The notes under the pieces are model-generated. The model had not been told where the DNA came from and ran no database searches. It saw only the letters and a program-made list of their open reading frames with translations. 64,000 nt of DNA from Pocillopora damicornis (taxonomy: Eukaryota). Every line of letters starts with the position of its first letter. The first letter of the stretch is position 1. The stretch covers positions 124,001 to 188,000 of the forward strand of contig NW_020844403.1 in NCBI RefSeq assembly GCF_003704095.1, read 5' to 3'. This document shows positions 23,153 to 39,000 of this stretch, in pieces. A program made the position numbers and the translations under genes.

Positions 23153-24075
23153 TATTCATTGAATCTTAGATAATGTCGACACAACTGAGAACAAGATAAC
23201 TGAGATAAAAGCGCTGCTATTACCCAAGAACTGATTTGATATTCTTAATCTTGCGTTTGTTAAAATTTCCAAAAATATCAATTCCTAGACGTAAAATTTC
23301 CAAGGCCTTTGCAGGATGAATTCAAGCGAAATCTTAAGCAGGGATCAAGTCAACTGAACTTTGCTGACGGAGGGAAACTGCATTCGCCGCTTGCGGGTCG
23401 AAACAGAAGAAGTTGATTTGAGTCAGAAAACAATTGGAATGTCAGACGTTTCATTATCGAAAATATGAAGCAATATCGTAGGAGTAGCGCAAAAAAAAAA
23501 CTAACTAATGCAACCCGTTTGGTCACACTAGATCTCTTGTGAAGAGGGATTCGGCGAGAGCGCTTGGAATCAATAAAAGCACAACTTTTCTCCTACGCGT
23601 TTACCTTCGTTCTAACACAACCCTGCAATCTCCTCCATGATACTGTAATTCCCAATCGTTTATTGCTACTTTTGTTAAATAATATCTGAGGCAGGTTTCA
23701 GGAAAGAGCTTGCCATTTGTGCGAAACACAATCCTCTTCCAGATTGCTTTGCAATCATTTTGCAACACAAGTTTCTCGTAAATTTATCTCTTGAAAAACC
23801 CTTAAAATGAACTTTATTCTCAAAAGTAGTTTCTTTATCATTTACAAAGGTTATTTGATTGCACCCCTCAAATTAACCTCAAAATCTGGTGACAGATTGT
23901 CATTTCGGCTGCTAAATAATGCATTAGTCTGAATATATCCATAAGAAAACTTTGGTCCCTTTTAGGGAATTTTCCACCAATTATTGGTTTATTGCCGCTA
24001 GTAAATGACAAGAAGTTTACTTTCATCGTTTTGTTCAATATTACTCTGTGTACTAATCGGTCTTAAGTGTTGAGC

Positions 24076-27000
24076 TTAAGAATAAGTTTCGAGTTTGATA
24101 TCAGGAATTTGATAAGTCACTTCTCCATCGTTTCTGAGGAAGTCGTCATCATTGCTATCAAAGTGAACCCTTTGAATGAGCGAGACCAGTCGATCGACTT
24201 TGTCTTTCAACTCTGCTGCTTTATCTATTTTCTTTCTCTTCTTGTACAAAGGCTTCTGTAGATGCCTCTCAGAGAATACTCGATTTTTGAAAATCGATCT
24301 TGACGTAAGACCTAACCAGTTCATAAAATGTTCCGTCATGAAGTCCACGATCTCGTACTCGTTAGACTGAAGGTCGTTGTTACGTTTCACTCTCTTGAAA
24401 TTCTCCACGATAATTGACAGGAACATGTTCACAAGAATGAATACCACGCCTATACTGTAGAAGAAGAACATCATCGGGCCCAGCACCCTGTTGGCTTTTT
24501 CCAGAGTGACGTAACTAAACTTTCCGAGCATAACACTGATAAGGGTCTCCACCGTGGTGACAAAAGTGTGAAATTTGTACAGCTCGTGCGAAAATACCAA
24601 GTAACACAGGTGAGAAAATCCGACAAAAACCAGTCCAAAGATGATTCCAAAGTGAAGGAGCTCCTTCGCTGCGCACTTGAGAGTGGATCCGAGAAGTGAC
24701 ATACGGCGGTTAAACCTGAAAAGTCGAAGAAACTTCACAGATATCATGAACACAACAAACGCATAAACGTAACCAAATAACTGATCGACGAGAGCAAGAT
24801 GGTGGAAGTTGACGAATTCATTGGGGTTCTCTCGAAAAGTCTTTTTGGTGAACTTGTCCAGCGCGAATCTGATGAAGTACAGAGCGATACTTGTCCAGGA
24901 TAGACTTAACAGAGCTATCTCGATCCAGGTCCAGAACGCAGTGAGGTATTCTTTCAAATCCGTCTTTAGAAGTCTTTTGAACTCGCGGTAGGTGAAGATA
25001 ATGGTGAAGACAACGAAAGAAACTTCACATATCAAGACAAAGAGAAGAAAATTTCCAACGTAGCGGTCTATACGTGTTGATAACAACTGAATAAAGGGAA
25101 CTACACCACCAGCAGCCGTGAACTCCAGCAGCAAGTTCGCCACGCAGTAGAGATTGCTGTATCCATTGTAAACAGTGAACTCGACAAATACAGCGCGCGT
25201 GTATTTGTCGACCCAGTTGTTTGATTTCAAGTCACTTATCACAGTTCTAGCGCTATCTATTGTTGACCCAAAGTCTGCTTTATATCCCCCTCCGCGATAA
25301 AGTGCAAGATGACCGAGGAAAGGTCGGGATTTCAGTTCAGTTGTACCCCTGTAGCGCCATGCGCTGTACTCTGGATAGGAAGAAGCATTTTGATTGGTCA
25401 TTTTCCAACCGGGCGCGTATTGAGGGGTCCGATCCTCGGAGTCCCAGGAATACTTATCATCACAGGCATCCGGCATGTGAACATTAAAAGCACTTGCAAC
25501 TTTACATGTTCCTAAAAATGGTAAAAAACAAATTATAAAAGCTCAATACTATTTTTCCCTTCCTATTCTGCAATTTTAGCTGCTTTGAGTAGCATTAGTT
25601 TGGTTAACTGTCAACTTAGGTATTAGATAGGAAGAAAACTTGAGCGGGAAAGACAGGAGACGTAGGATCAAACGACCGCAAAGTTGCAAAACCAATTATT
25701 CGATCGGAGTGAAACTCGCTAAAACTGAGACCTGTTTCAAAACCAATGAGACAGTTCCTTAGTAGATAAATGAATAAAGCTAGGAGGAAGGTTTCTAAAG
25801 AAACTGCAATGCTGATTTGGTTGGGGGTATTTCAATATATAATTTGGTTTTATCAATAGAGTTGATTGTGTAAATTGACCACCGGAAAGATATTATAAAG
25901 GTGACGTTTTGAGCGTTAGCCCCTTGTTACTAAATGACCAAAATTCCCTTGATAATTTGTTACGGAGTCACATCCGATTGGCCAAAAAGGTAGGGCTGAT
26001 TGCGTAACATTGGTTTTGGAGACTTTTTAATCCCCTTCAGTCAAACAAAGAACTTTTCGCGCTAATGAAGTGTTAGTAGCTCGTACTATTCGCTTTCAGA
26101 CCCGTTCAAAATATCCATTAATTAATTAAGTACCGAAACAACTAGTAACTCCTCTCTGTATATCTCGACAACTTCGTTTACGTTTCTCTCCTTGTAAATT
26201 CTCTACAACTTTAACCTAAAATTGCAAAAATATCAGTTTCTTACTGAGATTTCAGTCACCTCAGAACGGAAAAATTTATTCTGCAAAAAAAAAAACAAAA
26301 AAACAAACCAAAAACCGAAAGAATCGAAAATGCAACTCTCGCAAACTTTAGGTTCAATACGGTATCTCTTCACTAGCTCCCTGTTGACGACGCTAACGCC
26401 TTCGTTTCCTTACCGCTTTTAACACGCAGCTGTCTCATCCGGGAAACGCCGACTACAAATGACATCTTGTCATTCAAAAAGCCTGCCCGTCCATACTTGC
26501 CGTTGTACCAGCCATTGTTATAGAGACCTGGGACGAGTGTCTGTTCAACCCATTCCCAAAAGTCGTTCACATTAGAGACCTATGAAAAGCAGTAAACGTT
26601 AGTGAAAATGAGAATTTTTGTAAACTTTTTCTCCCCTGCGGCAAGTTATAATTAAACTTAAATCAAACCCCTGATTTTGACACTGGTCCTTTACCGCTAT
26701 CAAAAGATCAATAATTTTTCAAAGGAAGTACTGATTAATTGTATAATCCGTTTCCGCGGTACGAAAACTATCTAAAAAGTTTCCACGCTTCAAACATGTG
26801 GCTTAATTGTTCAGTGGGTAGTGATGCCCAATCAACAATAGAAGTAGTAGTGCCTACCAATGGCCTGGCATGGGTAAAATCCGTCGATGGATAAAATCCT
26901 AACGTTAGCGACAAAATGAGAAAAAAAAATTATTTTCTTGTCCTCTCAGTTCTGCCGTTTGTGCGCCAAAACGAAGATTTCACTCACGTTGTGAACAAGA

Positions 27001-30000
27001 AATGTTTTGGATTTTTTTCCTTCAAGGTTAATTGAACGATCAGAGGAAAAGAAGGTAAAATCATAGCTGATATTTTCCGTTTGCCATTCTCATAAAAATC
27101 ATGTTGTAACTCACAATCTTTTCAAAGACAAAAAATTCTCTGTGTAACATGTACTAACCTCGTAAAGTTTGATGCTGTTGTTCTGTGAAGCGGTGCTCCT
27201 CTTGACGTCGATTTTGTCTTCATCGCGATAACCGAGAGAATCGTAGTTACCAACGAAAAGATTTTCCATGTTTTGTGTCATGTGGTGTGCATACGGGTCT
27301 CTGTGGGCGTAGGCTATCAAAAGTACCACCCAGACAAACAGGAAGTAAAATACTATTTCTCGTATGACAGAGTGCATCTTCCGCTCTTTAAACAAACGGA
27401 CTCGTGCAACGTTTAGTAGTACCTGGAAAAACAAATGAAAACTGAAATCAGAATTACCAAGGGACAAATTTTTTTCAGAGTAAACAATACGCACATCTGT
27501 CAGGTTAAGTGCCTCATTCATTTCAACTTTGCTAAGCATTAAGATAAAATTTAATCAAACATAATTCTAAATGTACGATTTTAAACAAGATGACTCAAAG
27601 ATGATTTTCATCTCAAGCCTGGATAATTAAATGCGTACCAGAGTTTAAACACTTATGCACTGAAAGCGAAGGTACGCACACCAACTGGGGAGGTAAGCTT
27701 GAGGCGCCAGATATTCCTTTAATGCGACATGTCGTGCACGAGAACTTTCGCGTATGAAACCTTTGTGTTTAAAATTATGAAAAGACTTCACACGCCAGCC
27801 ATTTATTAACTACCAACGTCGTATACAGCACTTGAATTTTCAATCACAAGAGCAGCAGTGAATAGTCACAAAGTTGAATTTTCGGGGTAAATGGGGCAGA
27901 ACTCGACCGATGAAAAAATGAGCTGAAGGTTAGCAATTCCTAATTAATGAAAGACTGAGCTTAGTTGTTGTTTGAAAAATGTCTAATCTGCGAGGATTTT
28001 GTGGATTGTAGAACAAAAATTCCAAAAAAGAATCAAAGGGCAGCGAAAAACACGTTACATAAACGAAAAACGTAACAATCTAAAACAACCACAGAAACGT
28101 AAGAACCGAAACTGTGATGTCCTTGTCTACTCAGGACTTGTACAACGACAAACACCTTATCTGGTGGGCGGTGGCATTGTGTGTCAGCGACCTTTGCGTT
28201 ACCCGTTTGCACATGCGGGAGATTTTGCTCGAGCCATTCCTCGTCGCGCGCCAACTCGGCGTTGATGACGTCATCGTCTTCATCTTGTGGCTTCTTCAGG
28301 AGTAGAGCGAATAAAACTGCCATTAATATCACTTTGATTGGTTGACTGACCAACACGTCTTGTGCCATCGACACAAACATAGAAATAAGCCATTCTGCTT
28401 GCTGTTTGTTGTCGAAGTTTAGCCCGTACAAAAGCGTAAAAAATCCTGCCACAGTTGCCGTGGATAGGCACAAAAACCAACCAATGTAAACAAACCACCA
28501 TGGAAAGAGACATTTCATTTTCAGCTTTCTCTTTTTCTTGGGTTTTTCCAGAGGCACTAGCGCAGTAGTTGTGTTTACGGACTCGTTACTGCCGATAGAC
28601 TCAGGGCGAACTTTGAAAAGAATGAAAGAAATTTCCTGTAGCTTCTACAATAAAGGTCTCCGAGAAAACATTGATTTGAAGAAACATATGTATATTCTCT
28701 ACAAGCTTTTCTAGAGAGGAGACACACGGAAGGCGTTATGGCCGGGAAAGGGAAGGAGACAAGATTGAATGTCAATGAAAGGATAAATTAGTTTTAAGTA
28801 ATATCTTACCTCTGTTGTAATTGATTGCCTCGTCTTTGTACAAGTAGTAATAAATATCCGAGGACAAATAGTCTGGTACCTCTCCCTCATGATCATTTTT
28901 AATTGGCATTTTTTCTTTCTTAGCTTTCTCTCCCTTGTTTTGCATCTCCTTCTTTGAGTAACTTATCTGGGTCTCCAGTAACGTACAAAACAATTCGTCA
29001 TCCCATGAGTCCTGGCGCACCGTCACTGGTGAACGAATGCTGGTTAAGTTCTTCAACTGCACATTCCTTTGTCGTCTATCCTCTGACCTCATCTGAGGAG
29101 CTGTGGGCGTAATGTCGCTAAGCGATACCGCAGTCTGTTTACGAAGGTTTTGTGTTGGAGGACTGAATTCTGTACGAGTTCTCTCAACGTATTTTTTCTT
29201 GGTCTTAGGACTGACCCCTCTATTCCGGAACAACTGAACTATCAGCAAGTTTATTGGGAAGACAATTAAACTGGACTGAATGCCGATAAGAATCTCATGC
29301 CAAGTGAATTCAAAGAACCCCAGGTCTATGATGACGCTGTTTTGTTGTTTCATCGGTGTTCGATACCACATTACGTTTACCAACATCGAGCACAGCAACA
29401 AAGACAAGCAACATGAGACACGCTGCACGCACGTGAAACGACTCCGCACAGGTCGAAAAGCGATAGAAAACCACAAATGTCCGTCGGAAAAGTCACGACT
29501 CGTCTTTGCTTTGAAAAGGTGCATAAAATCACGCAATTCGTCTTTTCCCGCCACAGGAAGCAGCCTATCAACTTGTCCATCACCTTGGTCACACGCCAAC
29601 CATTGGTTGCACAGAAAAAAGAACTTTTCTTCCGTGTCAATATCCCGTATGACAACTTGTGACAGTAGCCAGGAGGGACTCTTGCCCGTGTTATCGTGCC
29701 ATATACGGATATATGTCAGACTTCCCAGACATTCAGGCGTAGTGATAAGGAAGGAGTCCACTCCGCCTGGGTATAAACACGACCTGGATGTGCTCTTCAG
29801 CATATGCACCGCGCTCTGTCCGTCCTCACCTGCAACAAGAATGGAGACGTTTGCTGTGGTCCCTGTGTCCTTGCCACGTGCTGTGTGGACTGTGACTTCA
29901 TAGCGATATCTGTCCGCTGGATTGTTATCGAGGACTGGTACGAGACCAACCTAAAGAAGAAAAGACATTTAAAAAGAAGTGTGGTTAAGAGACCATGATC

Positions 30001-33000
30001 ATTCCGTAGCAGAATTAAGTGGCCCTGAGCCACCTTCTTGATTGAATGTACACTTATATTATGATCCCGAGATTTCTATCGCGTGATAGTTGATGAGGGC
30101 AAGCCACTAAACAACTTTCAAGCATGGAATTATATAGCGAATGAGTTAATTTTTGAAAGTATAAATTTACTGGTCGCTCAAAACAAAACAAGAAAACCGG
30201 CTCACGTTCTTTTGTTTGTCTTTATCTGCAGATGCACACCATCAGACTACTTAGCGATTCTCGTAACCAGTCAGATTGCAGCATTTGAGATAGGACGCTG
30301 GTAGATTTGTATCAATAACTTTTAAACAATAATTACATTAATTGTGAGGCAGGATACTTTTTTTCTGCTGACTCTAAGCATCATTCAGTTACAACTTTTA
30401 GTTTTGCATCTGAAAGGTTGAGAAGAATTTTACTAGGCAAATCACTAGGCGAAGAAAAGCAAAACCAAAGAAAACCTGGATAAATTCAAAACTCAGATAA
30501 AAATTATCTTATGACACAAACCTTGTCGACATCTCGCCTGTCTTTTCTCCTCGCCCACACGAGCCCCACTACATACAGACAAATGATTGTGCAGAAGGTC
30601 GCCAGCAGTGCAGGATGCTTATGAATATTGGCGAGCTTCTTGAAAGAGTCTTTAATGTCCAGCTTATTTGGTGGAATAAACAGATCTGCACCGAACCATG
30701 TCAAGTGTGAACACTGACAGTATGTTAGATCTCGGTTGGTTTTGTTGCTGACCTAGAAGGAACATTTATTTAATCTTTAAATATTCAATGGCAAATCTGA
30801 GATTCGGGTCAGAGAATAGCTTTATATTGCTGTTAAAAAGCAATTTTGTCAAAGTTTTACTAGCTGAAAATGTTTTGTAGTGTATGGGTGACTTTAGACA
30901 CGTCAAGATCACTCTACATTTTACATTGCACACAAATTTGCTGCTAATGGTCAGTTTATTGGTCTAAAAATTCCATTTGCACTTTTAAATTAATTTAAAG
31001 TTTTGGGTGACTTATTATCGGTAAAAAGAAAGAAAAAAATAAAGAAAAAAGTAAAGAAAGAGTATTTAATACGAAGTCTAAATGCTAAATCTTCCCGTTC
31101 ACTTTTTTGCGATCGAATGTTTTTTGTGTTTTCGGAGGTTACCATAGATAGCATACTATACGACACCAAATTGAAAAAAAGACGGTAGCATAATCGTGGA
31201 TACTTTAAGTCGTCATTAAAAGTATTTCTGCTACAATGAAACACTCCTCACCTGACATCCTTTAGTGCTCCATTCTTTGACCTCCTCATCCCAGAAATAG
31301 CAAGCAGAACAGATCACGTCAAAAGTATAATTTACTACTGTCTTTACCGCTTCTCTGTCATACGCAATGGGTAACACCCCAATGTAGTAATCCCCTTTTC
31401 CTTTCATCTGCTCTTGTAACACAAACATCGTGTAGTTATCCAACGTAGAATCCTCGAATGGCAGACTTGTTTTGAAGTCATAGTTAGTTAGTGAAGGCTG
31501 TTCGTTGTAGCGAATGTAAAGAGTAAATTTTGATCTCTTGTCTTGTGGGAGAACTTTAGCTATAATGACGCTGTCGTTGTTAGGAACGGAAACTTTGTGA
31601 AACGTCATTGATCCGTCGGAAGAAGGAGTTTGTGAGATGTTCAGCGCAACCTATGGCGAGAAAAGTTAGGAAAGTGCCTAAACATGCGAGCCTCATTATC
31701 AACGCTGCAAGACGCGTGTTTCTCAGCCTGCGAGAGGATTTGAGACAAGTCGAGGAGAGGTTTGCAGGGGGGTCTGGCACAAATAATCAGTGCTACACTC
31801 CTTGCAGATCTCTCGCCGCCTCGCGTTTTTTTTTTTTTTTTTTTTTTTTTAACGCTTTCACCATGAAGTTGCGGGACATACAACAGAGCGAGGCTTCATA
31901 ATCTCCCACAAGCAAAGAAATGCTCCTGCCGCAGCATTAACAACGAGGGCTTTCTCACAAGCCAACAGTACTTCAACTCAACATTCGTCCTTTTTCTCAC
32001 GAATTAAGTATTAGATTCGAACAGGTAACAACTTTTTATCATTCAGTGGGATATAGGTACCTGCAAAGATTCCTTTCGAGGCAGTAATATATCGATTGGT
32101 GATGTCAGACCTTCAACAGGGATAGCCTCTCCGTCACTCCCTTTTAGCACCAAAGATAAAGGATTCGATTTGACCAACGTGAAATTACCGGAACTTTGGA
32201 ATGGATTGGCAGATAACTCAGTCACCTAAGTAAGGTCAAAAAATGATTATTGGCGTTTCATGAAGTTTAATCGAGACAATGAAAAACACAATTTAAAAAC
32301 CAAAACAACACAGAAAAGAAAGACCCCAAATCCTAACACTCACCGTGGTTGTGACGTACGAATTGGTTGTTTCATTAACCAAGCTGACTTTGTGAGGTAG
32401 TACGAACTGACTCTCCCCTCCCGCATTCAATGCGATCCCGGCTAGGTTATCAGGCTTTCGTTTAGACAACCCAACAGCCACGCTCCTGGTATTTATGACC
32501 AGCGGTTTCTGGCTGAGTGTCATGGGGCGAAGCACTGCGTCTGACACGTCATCCACAAGCTGAAGGACTTTGAATGTGACTTCCTGGAATAAAAAATACA
32601 CAATTCCATTTCTTAGACTGTAGAGCGGAAATCATGACCAGGGATGAGATTGATTTCCTGCCAGGCAATTTGAATTGAGTGTCTAAAAAAATTCCTGATT
32701 AGGTTGGTTATTCTTCATCAAACTTTATGACTGGCCTAGGAGACTTCTGCTACACCCTCGACTAAGTAGATTAAAGAACAAAGGAATTGAAACTCGGTCA
32801 TTTGTATATTTTCGCGCTTGGTTTCTTCTATTTCATTTAAATTCTCAGTGGCTTTCTCTGGCATTTTGCGTGGTCTAATCGGCCGTTACGTGTACGATGA
32901 TTAAGTTTCAAACTAACTCTCGGTCGAAAAACTTTCTACAAGTAACCTAGAAAACAGTGTTTTGAAATAAAACCATCATAATCTCGACTGCCAATCAAAC

Positions 33001-36000
33001 TGAGGAAAAATACAAAAAGGAGTTCAAGTGATCGTGCACGTGACCAACCTCAGGATCAGCGAGACGCTCGTGCGATTTGTTTTAGTGTTACATCTATTTC
33101 GATATTGTACCTTTTTTGACGTGGCATCATTCTACTGAAACTCATGGAACATTGTCGCATAGAAATAAAACAAATACAGAACGTTAACCTCTGTGACGTT
33201 TTTGGTCGTTTCATTCAAACTTTCAGCACTACTTTTGGTAGAAGCCAGTAATGTATTAGACAGTCCTTCGAGTATTTCACCAGCGGTGTTTTCGATGATA
33301 CCCCCGTCCTCCTCTGCTTGGGACTCTTTTTTCAGCAAGGCCACCATTTTAGTATGCTGCTTCGTTGCTTGAACCTGAGCATAACAATTACATTATTAGC
33401 CCGATTTGAGCACTAATATAACAGTATAGGAGTCATGCTAGATTTTGTGAATTACTCGTATGGTTACAGTCCGAATTGGACTCCACTCAGTCCTATTACC
33501 ATTATTGATATACAAAAATGTTATGATGAACGTTTGTTATGATGAAAATTTGTTAGCTTCCTGATTGGTTTGAATGAATCTGACATAAAGCAAAGGAGGT
33601 GGCGGCTATGGAAAAATTTTAACCTTGTAACCTTGTAGGGCCTGGAAGTTTCTTAAGTCATACCGTACGAAACTTAGTTTTAATTTTGCACGTTTATGAA
33701 TAATAACATTAAGGAGCCACTAGCCAAAACGACGAAGCGGTCCTATCACAACGTACACATGCATTGTTCAGACAAGACCACGCTTGTGTGCAACCCACTT
33801 TTTACAACATGGGAGTGTGGAACCGAAGTCCTAACCATTCGAGATTCGATGATCTCTTAGTAGAGACGCTAGATTGCAAGAAGTGAAGCAGACTCGATCA
33901 AGCAGCTAAAAACTTTTTGATCCCAATCTGTCAGTTATACAAATGTGGTTTCTTACCTGCGCCTCTACTTCAGTCTCAGAAGGAACAGCCGTTGCGGAGT
34001 TCAAAGACCTCGACACTATTGATACATCATTTAAGGTTTGAGGACGAATCTCGGCCAGGTACCCGACCATCGCCGACCGAACCTATTAAAAAGAGACGAC
34101 AAAGTGATCAACCAATAATTTTAAGACGGCTAACTTTCAATTTCACCGTATGCCAGATTTTTAGTAAGTAAAGAAATTTTTACTCCGTTATCTGAATTTC
34201 AAATTTTTACGTTCCTCCTCTTTTCATATGCAGAGCGCGTAATTAAAATCTTATAAAGGTCCAGGTTATCGGAGTAATATTCTGCCGTCAAGGCGTAGCG
34301 TTTTCGGCCAGAGTCTTGGATTTCTCTCATAGTGCTCCTTAATTTTCCGATCAAGAGTGTCAATGAGATACCGCTCGAGAACCCCAGTTAAAGAAATCTG
34401 AATAATCAATGTCGTTGCAGGTAGGAAGAAGTTCGGTCGTTTTATAAACGTGTGCTGCCATTCCCTATCTCGCGCGGCGTTAAATGTAAACACCTAAACA
34501 AGACGTTCCTATGGTTCAGCGGTAGCATTTCGCGGGTACTTGTCGTCGTATTCTTTTTCATTAAACACTCGTTTAAACTTCATCGTAACTCTTGTTCTCG
34601 GAAGGTTTCGAAATTTTGAGACCAGTTCTCTGATCAGTAATCTCTGAACAGTGCACTGTTTGCTCATTTCTTTCTTTCGTGAAAATGTTACTGTAATTTT
34701 CTGACTGAAACATACCTCTTGCTTGATCTCCTCCTCAAACACATCGTCGCCATCATGACTGTTAAGTATGTCGCTAATGACGTGTATGATTTGTACAACT
34801 TCTTGCAGTGCTCCGCGACCAATTTCCTTTTCTAGCTGATTATCTTCCTTGAGGGTTTTATCTGTAATTTCCTTTTGAGTCACATTTCTCGGCTTAACCT
34901 GAAAAATTATAGACGAGCAAGGAAAAACAACTCAAATTTGACATCTTCATGATACATTAGGGAACTCTTCGTTTCACTTCGGATGATAATTTAATTGCTT
35001 TTCTCCAAAACGAAAGTAATACCTGAACTGGCAACGTTATTTTCGAAAATTCTCCGAAGGCGTCTTTTATCAACACGACAACACTAATGAAATAGCGAGC
35101 TTCGTCTTCGCCAACCGGAAGTAGCACTTCTTGGCCCTGTAATGAAGGACCAAAGAAGACCAGTTCACCATTCCGAGGGGAACCTGGTACCTTTCCGTCG
35201 GCCGGGTGTGTGATAAACATCTCATAAGTCAGTGGTTGATGCTCATCCTGCCAGTCCCTGCACGAGAAATTAAATCTCGTATCCAGTTCCCTGCCTGCCC
35301 AGGGTGTGACGTCACATGTGCCTCCTTGTGGTGGGGTGTTTGTGAGTATGATATATTCCGCGATGCCTTGGCTTGCTTTTAAGAAAGCATGAAGAAAAAC
35401 GTGTGAAATTAAGAACAGGCAAGGAATTTAAACAAGGGAGGTTTTTTTTCTCTTGTGTAAAGGTGACCGCTGGATCAGTAAAAGAGTTAATTCAAGGAGG
35501 AGTATAAAATAAATACAATTTCAAATGTACTCCAACCCAAACAATTGCAATATACGATTAACAGTCGATATTGTCCTTTAAACTAGTGCCAATCTCTCTC
35601 ACCGCTAACTATTAGCTTGCTGATTTTCAAGGAGGTAGTAGTATCAGCTACGTCAGTTATGACGCACGAGAATTCGAAACTGTCAACTGTGTGAAATCCT
35701 AGCTATGCCTCCATGGCAAACGCTCTGTTACACGGTTCTTCTCAAATATGCACCTTTGTTACAAGCCGCTTTTTCTCCCCTATGCAAAAGCTTCAAATTA
35801 ATAGAGCATCATAGATTTTTAATCCTAAGTTATTATTGTGCAAATTGTAATCGATTCGTAAAGTTTTTACAATTTAGTTCATTGCCGTATTGCATTGCTG
35901 GCCTGAACAAGTGTCCGGCCTAAATTTTTTCAACTTAATAAAAGCACGCCGTATACTGACTTCTGAATGACTGGTAGTGCACTTCTCGACTAGTTAATGG

Positions 36001-39000
36001 TAATTGATAATTAATTAATATTCATCTTAGATGATCAGTTGATGATTATTAGTGTAATGAAAATAATCACCTGAGTTTGGCCGACTCACGGTCACTTTGA
36101 TTCTGTATTCACTGCTGTTATTAAATGTCCCTGCAAGAATAAGAGCTTCTGGAGAGTTGAGAGGAGTGAGAGCTCGCTCTGGCCAAACCGCAAATGGCGC
36201 GGATGCATTTCCGTTCATTACAGACCAGCTGTAGGTTAGAGGTTGGTCCGTGACACAATCCAAACATTCTGTGCTGAGATGAAGTCTTCTGGAAGGATCT
36301 AAGTACTTCCCACAATTGGAAACACAACTAAAACCGACAGTAAGATAAGAATTAAGAAACTTGAGATACGAAAGATTATTTTGAACACGAAAAAAACCAC
36401 AAAATAAGTTGAATGCGGAAGAAAATTTCTAATATGGAAAGATTAACCCAAAGAGTAGCTAGTTTGGCTAACGATGCAAAAAATGAAAACAGATTGGAAA
36501 TTAATAATATCTCTCTCTTACCGCATTTTGATGTCAGGGGGATTCCCCGTTAACACTATCACCAGCTGGTTTGCTGTTGACCAGCGACCGGTCTTTACAG
36601 AACTCACATTTACTGTGAACTCGTAAGTCGTTGATTCAAAAAGCTGCTTTGCTTCAACAGCAAATGTTATCCCCGTGTATTCAACCTGGCCATCCCCATT
36701 GCCAAAACAACCAAGTCCAGAATTTTTGATACCAGCAATGGTTTTGGTAATTTTGCAAAACCAAACAAAAATCAAATTTTCGTTTCCTTGGGACAGTGGA
36801 TCATGTGACTCGGACGCATCCAATAAGAGTCTTTGTCCCCAATCATGTGATCTCAAATGCCCACCGGCAATGCTAGCCTCGATATTAGCTCCAGCAATTT
36901 TGATGAAGGTGAAGTCAGCGTTATCGATCTCTGGATCAATTATTGTCACTTTGAGTCGAAAGATATATTCGCCAGGGAACAGGCCAAAAGCGGGAATAAC
37001 CAATGAGGACTGATTTGTCAAGACGTCTGGAGGCAGACTGTGAAAAACGAATGAAAAAATGCATCTTACTATCCGAAGCTGAATGTATAATATCATCGAT
37101 AATATTATGGCGCTGAATATTTTAGTATATTTTAGTATATTTTAGTATAAAATGTCTCAGTGTTACGATGACTTTCGTTCGTTTATTGAAGGCAACGAAG
37201 GATGGAAGAAGGGTTTTAAGTCTATGTCGTTTGAAATTGCGCTATTTTTCCGCAAATTATAAGTCAAATTTTTCCATACGCTAGAGACTTTCTACTCATC
37301 AGGTTTTTTTTCAAGTTTTGCTTTAAAAGCCCTTGCTTTCAGATATCACAAAATGTACCGTAAAGTGATGGAATGACGTGCGTGATTAGTGCCAGTACAG
37401 ACACATATGGGGTAAGTTTGGCCCATCATATCTTTTAAACATGAACGGTGACCTATCTTTGTTGTTGTATTTTTCGACACAAAAATATTTGGGAACATTG
37501 ACGGAAAGTTTGAAAAAAATTGTTCGATAATTTTTTTCCCTCAGGAATCAGCAAAAGTTCACGCGGTGTCTTATGAAATAAACTTGTAATAAAAATAAAA
37601 AAAATTGTAACACGCTGCTTTCATTTTTTATGGTTATTGACGTCAACAAATGGACGACCCAAGACTACAACTTACCCCACTTCTCTTCCTGACTCAGGGG
37701 GGAGCTGTAGATGAGGCGATGACAAATTAAGGTTGTATGTGTCTGCTTTGTAAACAACCCAACTAAAAGCCGCGACGAACAGTTTTTCGCTTTGAATTGT
37801 CACTTGCGAGGTCAGAGTAAACTGCCTTCCATAGCTCAGTGCAGCATCATTCGTTGGGCTGTTTGTTCCTCCTATCACTTTAACGATAGGAATAGGGACA
37901 TTTTCGTTGGCCACTAGAACTGAAGCCCCAGCTCTTTGGTTAGAGGCCTCGTTCCAGGCCCACACTTGCGCGTTAAATTGTCCTTCATCTAAGTAAACAT
38001 GGTTAACAACCCTTGCATAATAAAGCGATGGATTAAATGGAAGTATTATACGTTGGTCAATAAGTCTTTCCGCCTTTAACTGGGTGTTATTAGTGAATCC
38101 CTTGCGATAAAGAGTGACGTTTTGACTCCCATTGCCTGCGTTGAAAACGAATTTCGAATCTGTTCCCAAGCTCGCGCAGAATACTACGAAAGTGATGTTG
38201 TTTCCAGGCTTTCCTGGCCCACTGACAACTAAATACAATCCTATCACGGAATGCTGTAACGTAATTGTCCTGTGCAAGTACTTAGTCCCAAGGCTGTTGT
38301 AAACCTTAGCCGTAACATTATAGGTTCCGCGCAAAGGGTAACGATGCGTTGTAACTGCTTTTGCGACTTCTCGTAATTCACCATAATCCCCATAGTTCCA
38401 ATCGTACTTTAAGCAAGTTCCCGTATCCTGAGTGATACTGAAGGACACTGGGTATTCAAATGGGAACGTGTTTCCCGTCGGGCCTCCGCCCGCAGCTCCC
38501 GGATGAGCAGAGTATTCAGAATGCATGGCTCTCAGTGAAGCGTTGGTGATATGCTCCATGATTTTAACAGGTGCTGTTAACTCGACACGACTTACTAAGT
38601 TCCATATGATCAGTTTAGCTTGGTAACAACCCGGCTCTGGGTATGAGAAACTGTAAGTAAAATTTGTCTCTTTAGGATCGATAGTTCGTTCTCTGGAGAC
38701 TTTTCCGTTTCCGAAATCGATTTCGTATTTTGCGCCAAGTAGGTCAAACGAGGAGGAGTTTCGAACAAATCGGAATTCGACTTTCCTTGAAGGCCAAATC
38801 AAGGTGTTGTTTTGATGGAACGAAAACCCTTGTACAGGATCCATAATGGTCACGTTATCCGTTGCATTTTCTCCCGAATTGTAATTTGACGTGAAAACAA
38901 CGACTGTGTAGGTCCCTTGCAACATATATGAGTGACTGGAGATAAATTTCTGTTTTCCAAAGCCTCTATTGTGGCTTTCACTGTCCCTTCCATCTCCATA

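Noticed and set aside
29280-29903. 207-aa plus-strand ORF and other antisense ORFs over the PKD1, DCLK and GPCR exons
   Set aside because: Shadow ORFs opposite real coding exons, with no recognisable motifs.
34266-34493. Extra PKD1-like exon after tgtttag acceptor
   Set aside because: Flanking exons 34716-34898 and 33957-34082 already join in frame, the translation has no REJ/GAIN character, and no convincing donor was found.
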